A stretch of 64,000 bases of DNA, taken from Podarcis muralis. Taxonomy: Eukaryota. Shown one piece after another: positions 45,754-57,800 of this stretch (the first letter of the stretch is position 1; each line of letters begins with the position of its first letter). A program made the translations under genes and the position numbers. Location: contig NC_135667.1 in NCBI RefSeq assembly GCF_964188315.1, positions 14,570,001-14,634,000 of the forward strand. The letters run 5' to 3'. The notes beneath the pieces were generated by a model, which ran no database searches, had not been told where the DNA came from, and saw only the letters and a program-made list of their open reading frames with translations.

Positions 45754-48700
45754 CTTCACTCCCCTTCAAAACAGTGACCAGCGTACATGCCCCTTTTCAA
45801 TGCAGTGACAAGCGTACATGCCCCTTACAATGTAGTGGGCGGGCGGGAAGGTGATGTTGGGACGGTGCGTGACTAACGCACACACCGCCCCCATGCGATG
45901 TCACAGCCAGTACAGCGCCCGCCACAATGGGGAGTGTTGGGGCGTACAATGCGCCTCCTCCCCTCGCTAGTATCCGCCCCGGAGCCGCGGCAAAGGTGTA
46001 AAAGAGCCACATGCGGCTCTGGAGCCGCGGGTTGCAGACCCCTGGCTTATGTCAAGGTATTAGACCCAAAGCTGCAATTTACAGAAGCTATAAAATGGAT
46101 GGTGAAGAGTTGGAGAGGATATAAGAGCTGGAAGGGAACCAAGGGTCATCTAGTCCAACCCCTGCAATGAAGGAATCCCGACTAAAGCATCCATGACAGG
46201 AGCACACCTGTCCTGTAATTTTGCATTGTTTCATACAGAGAAAGCCAGAGTTTGGAGTAGAGTTTTGCAGCGATGTGACATAGAAGTAAAGCAGCAAGTC
46301 GGAGAGAGAGTCAGAGCAATGATTGACAGCAACATTAGATTTCTGATGGAATCCAAGGTTGTGGCTTTGGGAGAAACAAGATCCTTTGAGTGTAAGGTTG
46401 CTGTGAACCCTTCCTTTGTAGGCTGTGTAAATAAACCATGCTTTTATACAAACCATGTATCATAAATACACGACACTCTCATTTCTAAAAGAAAACACAA
46501 ACCCTGGGCAAATGTCTGGAACCCATGGAATCTCACAGCACTCAAGGACTGGGGTGGCATGCAAGATACACACACACACACACACACACACACAATTCAG
46601 AGCTCCTCAACTTCTTAATTAAATTTTAAATGCCAAGGCTTTTTAAAAATTAAGCAATCATTTACTATTAAAATATGTTTTGAGATATCCATTCATTTAA
46701 ATAAATGTGTGTTTATTTAAAATGAATATCATAAATAGCATTTCACATGATTTTAAAGTGCCCTTTTGTGTGCATTCCCCAGTGAAAATTCACTTTAAAA
46801 GGTCCTTCGTGAAATGCACTTACACCCATTCTTTACAGTAGAGATGGACATGGTTATCCTACCTGCCATGGGTAAATATTTGAAAGGTTCCACGCATTTC
46901 CATTTCTCATTGCCTTCTGTTTAGATCTTGATGAAAACATGTCATGGAGAGCATGCGCAACGCCATAAACTGCATTGTAGATACTGTAGCTTTGACCAGA
47001 CATCTGCATTTCAAACACAGTTTCAGGGAGGTTCTTCAATCTCTCTTTCCCTGTACATATTCCTGGGGATAGTGAGTGAATGTACTGTAACTTGGGTAAC
47101 GAACATTTAAATGCAGTGGTCCAGAAATAATGGATCAAATACAGCCTAGATCGGTAGAGATTTAAAGTCTCAAGAAACTCTTCATATTCTGCCAATTTCT
47201 GACTGTGGAGTGCGAAGGACAAGGTGCCATTGAAGGATCTGGGTGTAAATAAGTCGCTATTGGACACAGATGCAAAATCCCACTCAGCTGTTATGACCCA
47301 AACCTTCTCTATTGGTTTCATTTCAATAATTTCATTTAGCAAAAGAACCCTTCGTAAGCCCTCCATAGATCGTGAATCGCCATGAACAAGAATCACATTG
47401 ATTTCAGTCGATGAGAGACTAGAACTTATTCTTTCCAAATTCTTGTCCATCTGTATTCCGTGATTCCAATAATGCTTCAGTGTTGGAACAATTTCCTTAA
47501 AAGCAACACAAATCTTATTCTGGTGCAGCCAAGGAATGAGAGTCCTCAATAGTATTTCTCCGCTGTCGTTATCAGAGACAACAAGGCCAATCCAAGTCCA
47601 TCCAAAATGCTGAAGCAACTGAACAATCCCAGCATACTGAGCACTCTCATTAGGGATCATCTGATAGACAGAAGGGAACTGTGTTCTGTCCCTCAAGGCA
47701 GGGTCAAAGGAGCCATAATTGAGCTAAGAACAATGATATTGGTCTTTTTAGATCTAACAACCAATTGAAAATACGTTCTTCAAAATTCCAAAAAAAAGGC
47801 TAGAATATTGAATTCATTTTGTATTGGTCCCTCCTAAAAAAAAAACCTTCACAACCAGGACAGAATTACTACTGGGCTAACTATACATTAAGCAAGTAAG
47901 CAAAGACTCTTGGAAGGAAAAAGAGTTTGGATTTGAGAATTTGTAGAGAAATATAATGAGTCTCACCAGTTTTGTGATTCGATTAATAGTCATCTCCAAA
48001 TTTCTCATTCATAGCTCCTGTGTGGATTTCAGCATGAGCATAGATACTATGAGCCCTATGAGGGGGTGATTTGGAGGGAAGACGTAGGAAGCTGTTTAAG
48101 TGTGAGCTCACACCCACCCACAAACTATTACACACCTCACTGTAAATAATAATCTATCTATTATTACAACTCACTGAGGAGGCTCAGGCAGAAGGATTAG
48201 AAGAAGAAGACAAGAGAGCCAGTGTGGTGTAGTGGTTAAGAGCGGTAGTTTTGTAATCTGGGGAACCGGGTCCGCGTCTCCGCTCCTCCACATGCAGCTG
48301 CTGGGTGACCTTGGGCTAGTCAATACTCTGAAGTCTCTCAGCCCCACTCACCTCACAGAGTGTTTGTTGTGGGGGAGGAAGGGAAAGGATTGGATTGGAT
48401 TGGATTGGATTGATCTTTATTACGGCCATTGGCCCGTCACACGACAATTTCCCATACCAACATAATGTACTTGAACCTCCAAATTTAAAACCGCCAAAAC
48501 TTACAAAAAACAGACAAGAACCAAAGCAAAACAAAAACAAAAGACCAACATCATACATTACAATAAATTTGTAACATAAACATCGCCCTCTGCTCATAAA
48601 TTAATAGAAGACATCAATGGTGATATCACCTAATTACATGCTAAAACATAGATCATGGTTTAAAGGGATTGGAAGGGAAAGGAGAATGTTAGCCGCTTTG

Positions 48701-50680
48701 AGACTCCTTAAAGGGAGTGAAAGGCGGGATATCAAATCCAAACTCTAAGTGTAACTTAAATGCTCCAGTTAAATCCAGAATTATTCTGGCCTCTGATGAT
48801 TTTAACTGGTCTAACTACTCAAAGAGACTTTTGCTATAAAGGTGTGGTTTTCTTCCTGTTCTCTTGCATGGCTCAATGGGGAGGGCTTCTGGACTTGCCT
48901 CTAAAATAATCAGTACACAACTCTCTGTCTACAGAGATAAACCATATCAAAAGTTCAGTTTCACACACACAGCACCAATCTATAAAGGCAGACAAACACA
49001 CCTGTGGCATCTTGTACATATTTAAGATGTGAGGCATCTGCTTGGAATTATGGAAGGTGAGGCCACCTATGATAGCCATTAGTTTATCTGTCTTGCCGCA
49101 GAGGTAGTTAAGGGGACTCCCCTGACTTTCAAAAAGGACATCCATAGTCCCTGAACATTTCCCCATTTCATTATTAGCATTTTGAGCGAAGATGTACGAA
49201 AGTGTGATGTTAGGTAAGAGGTGTGGAGTCTTGTTGATCTCGTTCAGAGCAAACGTAAAGGTGAGGGCTTGGTGGTAGTAATTTGGCAATAGGCTGCAAT
49301 GACATTTAAGAGCACAATTAGGGCTGCCACACAACAATTGATTTAATCTACATACTACGGACATATTAGCCATCAATAGTGATTCCTGATATACCAGACA
49401 TGGAGTTGCGAAGTATGGAATACCTTTATAACTCCTATGTATCTTTAATAATACCTTTATTGTCAGTGTACAACCTGTGTACAATGAAATTAAACGAGCC
49501 TCCCCCCAAAAAAAAAACACTCAGTCTCATTGCACTCTGTGTGCTTATTGCACAACACACCACAAGTCAATTGCGCTATTTTATTTTCCGTTCAACAGCC
49601 TAACAGCCCACGGATAGAAGCTATTTTTTAGCCTGTTGGTACAGTTGATTATACTTCTGTCTCCTGCCCAAGGGTAGAAAATTAAAGAGGTGATGGCCAG
49701 GGTGTGAGTCATCCCTGAGACTCTTTTAAAGAGTATTTTTAAAAAGTCATCTCATCTCCTTAGGTTTCTTTGTCATATTTCATTCCCAGTCACAGAGCTG
49801 TGCAGTAGAAAATGCACTTATAGCTCAGTAAAAAAGCATTTGCTTGGCCTGGATAGGGTCCTAAGTTTCAACCCCCAACATTGCAAGGTAGACTTGGGAA
49901 TGTCTTCTTTTGGAAACCCTAAGCTCACTTCCAGTCAGTGTAGACAAAACTAAGGTAGCTCGAGAGATGACTCAGGAGATGTTCTCTTCCCATGTTCTCT
50001 TAGTTAAAGGTAAAGGGACCCCTGACCATTAGGTCCAGTCGTGGACGACTCTGGGGTTGCGGCGCTCATCTCGCTTTACTGGCTGAGGGAGCCAGACTAT
50101 GTTTCTATAAATTGCTCTATAAGACAATTGCTTCATTTGGAAGCAAAGAAGGAAGAAAACTGAGCAAGTAAAACACACCCAACCCTTCCTGTATGGCAGA
50201 ATAATGGTATGGATGGTTTTGATCTCCTAAAACACATTTAGAATCATTTTAATAAATGGACTATAGTAGTAGCCTTACTACAAGGACTTATCTTTTTTTG
50301 GCCTCTTATGATTCCCATTTTCTCAAATTGTGGGAAATAGAACAATCAATAATTTTGAAATTTTAACTCAGAGCTAGCCAATTGGAATTTTAATTTCACC
50401 TTTATTTCATTTTATTTGATTCAAGATTTACTTACAAGGCACTCCTATATGGATTTGGATTTGCAGTATACAATATCTCATTAAAATTATGAACGATGAA
50501 AGATACAAATTCAGCAATGACAATATTATCTAGAATGCCAGAGACACCTTGAAACTTTGGCTGCCTACAACATCTGTTCTTCATATTCTTGCTGACAATC
50601 TGAGGTAGATGAAGCAGCAAAATGATGAGCAGCAGTGATGTCCATCTTGCTACCAGCAAATCTTGCCACCACCTGAGCAT
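40600..50680 (-). CDS. V2R gene C; exons 50680-50436, 49293-49002, 47723-46863, 44362-44135, 43585-43459, 41510-40600; 887 aa
   Basis: Same architecture, open frame, GT-AG junctions. Confidence 0.9.
42230..43269. mobile_element. Mariner/pogo MITE split by an L1 insertion
   Basis: TA-flanked ends cagttgtacctc / gggtacgactg; the halves match 33271-33500. Confidence 0.85.
42283..43053 (+). mobile_element. 5'-truncated L1-clade LINE
   Basis: [19 protein letters not shown] motif, poly(A) tail, perfect 19-bp TSD CAGAAGTCCGTTCAACTTC. Confidence 0.92.
43459..43585 (-). CDS. V2R-C exon 5 (127 nt)
   Basis: [42 protein letters not shown]. Confidence 0.9.
44135..44362 (-). CDS. V2R-C exon 4 (228 nt)
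   Basis: [31 protein letters not shown]...HKFDQ. Confidence 0.9.
44871..45126 (-). mobile_element. tRNA/CORE SINE (Squam3-like) with (CTT)n tail
   Basis: A-box tggtgtagtggttaa, B-box-like gggttcgcgtc, CORE-like segment and CTT tail. Confidence 0.75.
45534..46044. mobile_element. hAT non-autonomous element (511 bp)
   Basis: 15-bp TIR caggggtctgcaacc; 8-bp TSD GCTTATGT. Confidence 0.9.
46090..46200 (-). mobile_element. CR1 3' end
   Basis: Reverse complement of the CR1 3' terminus seen at 58552-58780. Confidence 0.65.
46863..47723 (-). CDS. V2R-C exon 3 (861 nt)
   Basis: [16 protein letters not shown]...YPWQ. Confidence 0.92.
48215..48746 (+). mobile_element. Squam3-like SINE interrupted by a non-LTR 3' end
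   Basis: Matches 44871-45126 on both sides of the insertion. Confidence 0.8.
48390..48670 (-). mobile_element. Non-LTR retroposon 3' end with AATAAA and (CCAAT)n tail, clade unknown
   Basis: 13-bp TSD GGAAGGGAAAGGA (48377-48389 and 48671-48683). Confidence 0.75.
49002..49293 (-). CDS. V2R-C exon 2 (292 nt)
   Basis: [31 protein letters not shown]...YKMPQ. Confidence 0.9.
50005..50093 (-). mobile_element. 5'-truncated Sauria SINE
   Basis: Only the 3' 90 nt are present. Confidence 0.8.
50436..50680 (-). CDS. V2R-C exon 1
   Basis: [27 protein letters not shown]...; donor TT|GTAAGT. The start was chosen by alignment with A and B; upstream in-frame ATGs also exist. Confidence 0.78.
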
Positions 50681-50844
50681 ATTCACTGTGACAGATACAA
50701 AGAATAGGAATGTCTCCAAAGGCAGCATGCAATCTTTACAAAAGTTGATCGAACTTTGGTGTTTCACTAATTCCAATCTGGACTATCAAACATATTTGAT
50801 AGAACTTTTCCAAATAGCTGTTTTTAAAAGGCTGCTTTGAACCT

Positions 50845-51017
50845 CATATTTAAAGCTGAAGAGCAGCATTTCATCAACTCCTGGTATGAATTCATCTGTG
50901 TTTCTGTCTTTCTAATTGCATTGTGCCCACACTACAATTACACAGGAATGTATAGTTATAATAATTACAGGATCGAAAATTACTTTTTCCAAGATTCTCA
51001 GCAAAGTTAATGAAAAC
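50845..51017 (-). promoter_or_regulatory. Putative V2R-C promoter module
   Basis: Degenerate TATA at about 50850; CTCAGCAAAGTTAA at 50997-51010. Confidence 0.45.
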
Positions 51018-52885
51018 TTATTTAGCTTCTTTTTCCCCCCATTATCCGCTAATGAAATGATCAATGCTGGAATTCAGGGCATGTTGGGACAAGAGTTTCC
51101 TCCATAAGAAGTCTAAAATTTCTGCAGCTTATAAAAATGGCATCTATTAAGCTAATTACCTTAAATGTGGCACACGTGCTCTACCTAATAAGATCCATGA
51201 AAGTGCCAAATTTAAAACCTATCTGGTAATAATTTTCACCAATACAGCAAATAAAAGCATGCTAAAAATGAACAAATTGTCATCTACCCACCCCCAGTTC
51301 TAAGAAAGCATATCTTCACCTGCTATATATTTTGGGAAATACATCTTTCTGTCCACGCATTCAGATGTTTATTGAGGTATTGTCACCAAACTTGGCATGA
51401 AGGTTCTCGAGATGGCAGAGCCATTTTTGTGTGTTATGTTTGGATACCATCAGATTCCATTTTGAATTACGCTAGCGAACAAAATTGTTCCAAAGTGTGC
51501 CAGTGTTGACACTTCTGAAATATTGTCCCCCAGTTTTACATGATGGTTCACAAGATGGAGCAGCACATTTTGGTCTATGTTTGGAAATGGTCAGAGACCA
51601 TTTTGAGTTAAAATGGTGGACTGGACCATTCCAAACTGCACTGAATTGGACATCTCTCATTATAGTGTAGACCAGTTTGGCACGATAGCTCCTGAGATGG
51701 AGAAGTAGGGTTTACGTATCTTTTGAAACATTAACAGCTACTGCTTTGCCTAAGCCTGATGGAGGGGAGCCTTTAAAATAAATCTTTTATGCTGTGATGC
51801 CTGGCCATATGGTTGAGCCAAATGAGCTTAGGATCCAGCCTAAACACAACCCCTCCCCCAAGATTGAATCATGCCCCTCTGGAGCACCCCTTTTTGGAAT
51901 CTGAGCCCCAGCTGAGCCAAGCTGATCAAGTTAAACCAGTTTATCTTTGGCTAAACCAGGGTGGGGAGCTTAAAACTGGCTAAGCCCACCTAAGTTGCAA
52001 ATCAGCTAGCTAAGCCAGAGATCCACTTCATCTTTAAACTGCTCATTCAGGCAATAGGTTGGTGCCTTTATCTGTTATTGTTAAATTGGCAAATAAAGCC
52101 ATATGTTTAAAGTGAGTTCTGAAACGTATAATCCCACATAATACAGGAAAGCACCAACAGGAACAGCCCCCCATGGTTTTCATTCTTTCTCTTTCAGCAC
52201 CATGAATGCAATTCAGTTGTATAAAGACTGCAAAAAGCCAACAACCTGTCGTTACAAGCTACGGACATCCTCTGCCTAAATAATTATTTTTGTGGACACC
52301 CATGACCACCCACTAATAGCTTTATAGCTCTTAAAATTATCATCATCTCACTCTGATGCTTTAACATTTTTCATATCCCAGAGCTCAACAATTTTGTAAC
52401 TACTAAAGCCATGTGCTCTCTGAGGACCATCATTTCATTAGTGTGTTTCTGAAAGCAGCGCAATCTTCTTTGATCCACTGAAGAATAAATAAATTTATGA
52501 AGCATCATTCCCCCTCCTTCCATATTTTGCCACTGGAAAATGCGTCATTATCCTTTTGTAGCTCTCTTCCTTCATGCCTCTTAAACCCATATCTGGGCTG
52601 TACCAATTCAGACTGTAGGTGGAGACTTACGTAACAGTAGAGACGTAATATGGGGGTGGGGCAAAAGGGATTATAAAGCCAAATTCATTGGAATTGTACT
52701 ACCTGCTATATATTTTGTGGAACATAACTTCCCACCGTTTCTGTCCAAATGGCATGCTACGCTTGGGGTGATCAGAGATGGGCTACAACATTGGGGGACG
52801 ACCACATTTGCTTTCTGTTGCTTAAAATGTTAAAAGGACAAGAGAACATGGGATGCAGATAGGACAGAATTTATAAGGGAATAAG

Positions 52886-53799
52886 TCACTCAGAAACCAC
52901 AATCCTTTTTCTTACAAGCTGATCCCGGGTGTTCATCTCAGGCCTCAGTACAATAATGTACAATTTGGGGAAGAAGATGCAGCCCAGCAAACCCACACTA
53001 GAGGCTAAAATGGAGAAGATCTCCACAGCCACCATGTATTTTCCCTTCGTGCTCAAGTAGGTGGGGACAAAGGACAGCCAAACACTGCAGAAGACCAGCA
53101 TGCTGAAGGTAATCAGCTTGGCTTCATTGAAAGTATCAGGCAACTTCCTGGCCAAGAAAGCCACAGTGAAGCTGATGATGGCCAGAAGCCCCATGTAGCC
53201 CAGGACAGTATAAAACATCTGAGCTGATCCTTCATTACATTGCACAATGATCTGGTCAGTCTGAGAGTGCATGTCAAACTCTGAGAAGGGAGGAGAGGTT
53301 GCCAACCACAGTACACAGATGCCAGTTTGAATAAGAGTGCAAAGGATGATGACTGACACTGCCAGCCTCTTCCCCATCCATTTCCTCACCCTGTTTCCTG
53401 GCTGGGTGGCCATGAAGGCCAGAACCACCGTGATGGTTTTAGCCAACACACAAGAAACTGCCAGGGAGAAGACAATCCCAAACACTGTTTGACGGAAAAG
53501 GCAGGTCACCTTTCCAGGCTGCCCAATGAATAGGAAGGAGCAGAGAAAGCAAAGCAATAGGGAAGTGAGGAGGGTGCAGGTGATGTTCCAGTTGCTGGCC
53601 TTGACAATGGGAGTCTTCTGGTGTCGAATGAAGATCCACGTTATCAGAAGAGTAATCAGAGAAAGGGAAAGAACAAATGAAGTCAGAATTATTCCCAAGG
53701 GTTCACCGTATGATAGATAGATTATACGTTTAGGAATACAGTGATCTTTGTTCTTGCTTGGATGTTGATCCTCAGGACAGTTGTTGCAATGGTCTGCAT
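52886..53799 (-). CDS. V2R-D exon 6 (7TM)
   Basis: (D)[14 protein letters not shown]...[13 protein letters not shown]. Confidence 0.93.
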
Positions 53800-54806
53800 C
53801 TGAAAATTATAAGTCTCAATTGTTAAAATTGTATGTGTACCCTCTGAACCGATATAGTTTAATATTGTGGCATAAGCTATGACTTTGAACATGTTCATTT
53901 TGAATAAGAGGAATGAAATCCCTTATTTTTATTTTGAAAGAAATGATATTGTGAAACAGAGGTGAAAATGGCACTGGATGAGGAGGCCAAGGAATAAGAG
54001 GAAACATCATTAGGAATATTGAAAGAATCTGGAAATGAGAAATGGCTTTGTTATTGCTCTGTCGATATGTGAAATAGATGGTATTTAATATTATGCATAT
54101 TAGAGAGAAAATATATTCAGGTGTTGTTCACACATTTTTGCTCATAATTTTTGTACCCTTGGTCATCATCATTATCAGCGCTTTTTTATGTGGTACTCAG
54201 TTGTGGTACTTTGTTGTAAGAACTTCATGGTGAGTACTGGAACCTATTTTTTAAGGGGGGGAAAGCACTGATCATTATTATTAAATTCAGTGCTTTTTTC
54301 TGGGGGGACGCATACCCCTAAACATTTTGTGAATCTAAGTTTGGCCTCATTGAGGGGCAGTATTTCAATATTAGTAGGAAAATGAGAGTACCCCTAAACA
54401 TTTTTTTACACCCCCCCCAAAAAAAGCACTGATTAAATTTGTATACCACCTTTTGTCAGTAGAACTCAGGGCGATTCACAACATAAAAATACAAGATAAA
54501 AAAACAACACAAAATACATAATAAAAACAAGAACAGAACAAAACCACTCTCCACCCCCTCCTACAACACATTTAAAAGGGTATCAGATGTCAATCATCCA
54601 AAGGCCTTGTTGAAGAGGAACATTTTCGCCTGGTTCCTAAAGGTGTATAATGAAGGCATTAGCCACTGCAGAAAAGGCCCGTTCTCGTGTTGCCACTCTC
54701 CAGACCTCTCGTGTACAACTGGATACCAACTGCTAAAATGTGTGAGCATAGAGTATTCCCTTTAAAAAGTTAAATCTGAGGTGTTATGAAACTTATTTCT
54801 GTAGTC

Positions 54807-54858
<52 letters not shown>

Positions 54859-57800
54859 TGCTCCATTGACACTTTCAAGTCATGTTTATTGTACAAACAT
54901 TCTGAAGTACCTTCCCTATGTAGCTGAGGAATCTTTGCTTACCCATCTGTTTTGAAATCATTCCTTCAGGACAGTTAGGACAATTGTAGCAACAAATCTG
55001 CTCCCCCTGTCGAATGATCTTGCTGTGTCCAGGATGGCAACTCTCAACACATGTGGAATGGGGCGGATTCTATCAATAATCACAAATTAATAGATTTAAG
55101 ATGGAGATTTCTCCTTTTGTCTGATTTCTCCTTACGTCTATGCTGTTGAATTTCACCGTTTGCATAATTGCATAGTAACAATTACATAGTAGCAAGCTTA
55201 TTTTCTAGAATCCTTCAACATTCCCTCATATGTCTCTGGATTTTTCTATCCTACATTCTCCTCATGTTCCTTTTATCTTCACCACACAAATGAACATACA
55301 CTTCATATACCGAATCAATCCCTTGGTCACTTTAGCCCAGTTTGCCCATCATGATAAGCATCAGCTCAGAAAGGTAGCAAGCAATGTTATGTAATATTTT
55401 TGAGGGTATTTGTATACCACCTTTCATTAAGTATTTCTGCAGCGTACAACAGAAAACATATAAAAATGCATTAAACAAAATTAAAAATCAAAACCTCATC
55501 AAAATCTTTGATGAAATAAAATATAACAGGTGAAATTAACATGCTATCACCTCTGAAAGTAACCACCAGCAAAATCCTGGAACACAAATATATCTCTATT
55601 ATGTAGGACTAAACTTGACCAACAGCATTCCGTTGTCTTTTTGTATTGAGGAATATAAAGTCTTTCCCACCTGGTTAAACTTGTGATTCCACAAAATGGC
55701 GGTTCCATTAATGGTGAACTTCTTTACTTCAGGAGCCTGTGGGTTCATCCTTCCAACAAGGGCTTTATGGATGGACTGATTGTGGAATGTGATAGTATTG
55801 ATGATATCATATCCAGTAGCCAACTCTCCATTTGCATCAAAAAATATTTCTTCTCCAGCACTGTTGTTGAAGTGGATGTGTTTCAGGAAGGCATGAAGCT
55901 AGATTGAGAAGGAAATAACATGAACCAAGAGCAATGGTAGCAAAGTGGTTAGTATGATTTCCCAGTTATTTCAATCTTATTCTGTTGACAATCTTGGCTA
56001 GATTTGCACTTGGAAGCCAATTGAGTCAGGCAATGGATCAGAATGTCTAACAAGGGCAATGCTTTCATCTAAGGAGATGGCTTCTTAAAGAAATACCCCT
56101 TCATTAGCAAAGGAGGCCAATTCAACACAAGCTAAATATTTTTCTTACTTCAATCAGCAACCTCCTACACTACAGCAAAAACAACAAAACAAAATCTGGC
56201 CATTGAAAGGCTTCTGGGTGCATATATTACAAAATATATAGCAGGCTGTACAATTCTAATGAATTTGGCATATATTACAATTGTGACTGACAGAAAAACC
56301 ATACTTGCCACGGGTGAACATTGAGAAGATTCCATGTCCCTCCATCGCCTATTGCCTTCTTCATAGATCTTGAAGAAAACATGGCATGGAGAGCATGTGC
56401 TACAGCATAAACAGCGTTGTAGATACTGTAGCTCTGACCAGACATTCCCATTTCAAACACAGCTCCAGGGAGGCTTCTCAACTTCTCCTCGCCAGTGCAG
56501 TTTTTTGCACCTGGTATGTAAATATTATAGGCAGGAAACGAGCACACAAATGCATTGGACCAAAACCCATGGATGAAATAAAGCATAGAGTGATTGGGAT
56601 TTAAAGTCTCAAGAAACTCTTCGAATTCTGCTACATCATTTGTGTGAAGTGAAAAGGACAAGGTGCCATTGAAGGTTTTTGGTGTGAAGACTCCACTGAA
56701 GTATACAGAAGAAAAATCCCACTGAGCTGTTATGATCCAAACCCTCTCTATTGGTTTCATTTTATCAAATTCATGTGATGATAGAACCATCCGAAAGCCC
56801 TCCAGAGATCGTGAATCTCCATGAACAAGAGTCACATTAGTATTGATTGATGAGATAATAGAGCTTACTCTTTCCAATTTAGTATTATCTGTGTCTTCCC
56901 AGTACTTCTTCAGTGTTGGAATAATTTCCTTAAAAGCCAAGCAAATATTGCTGTGGTATAACAGAGGAATGAGAGTCCTAAGTAACATTTCTCCACTTTC
57001 ATCATCTGAAACAATCAGGCCAATCCAGGTCCACCCAAAATGCTGAAGCAGATGAACAATCCCAACATACTGAGGACTTTCACTGGGGATCATCCGATAG
57101 ACGGAAGGGAACTGTACTTTGTCACTCAATGCAGGGTCAAAGGAAGCATAACTGAGCTAAGAAAAATGGCAGTGACATTTTTAGACTGTGTTTTATCATT
57201 CAGTGCAGGGGCAAAGGAGCCATAGGTCAGCTAAGGAATATTAAAACAATCAGTTTAAGAACTCTATCTCATTATTCCTCAGTTCATCTTGGTTTCTTCA
57301 AAGGTCCAGAAGAACAGGACCGTAGGCCTCTGTATTTGATCTTTCCAAAAAAAATTGCAGAGACTAAAATTCTCCCAATAAGGCAACTTCAGCAGGGTTA
57401 CCATAAAATAACAACATATTAGACACAAACATCTACGTGATAAACTCAGTGCCTTTTGTATTTTAAAAAGAAATTTTCAGAGGTGAATTTGGCTCTGAGA
57501 ATTCAGGGATTCAAACAGTGTCTTTCACTTTTTTAAGAAAAAGAAAAAGAAAACCCTGATTTCCAATGCTGTGAGGGGATGATTTGAGCAGGAGAAGTTG
57601 GAAGAAGTAACCAACAACAAAAGTGTGTGTGTGTAAGATAGATCTCAAGTACAAATTTCACCTTCTGGAAACAGCTTTTCCAAATCTATATAATAATAAT
57701 CACAAGATGGCAAAATATGCCACTACATCTTCAGTAAACTCAGCTCCTTGTGATTTCAATTCACTGGAAAGTTCACAATGGAGGAGGGAAAACTCACCCA

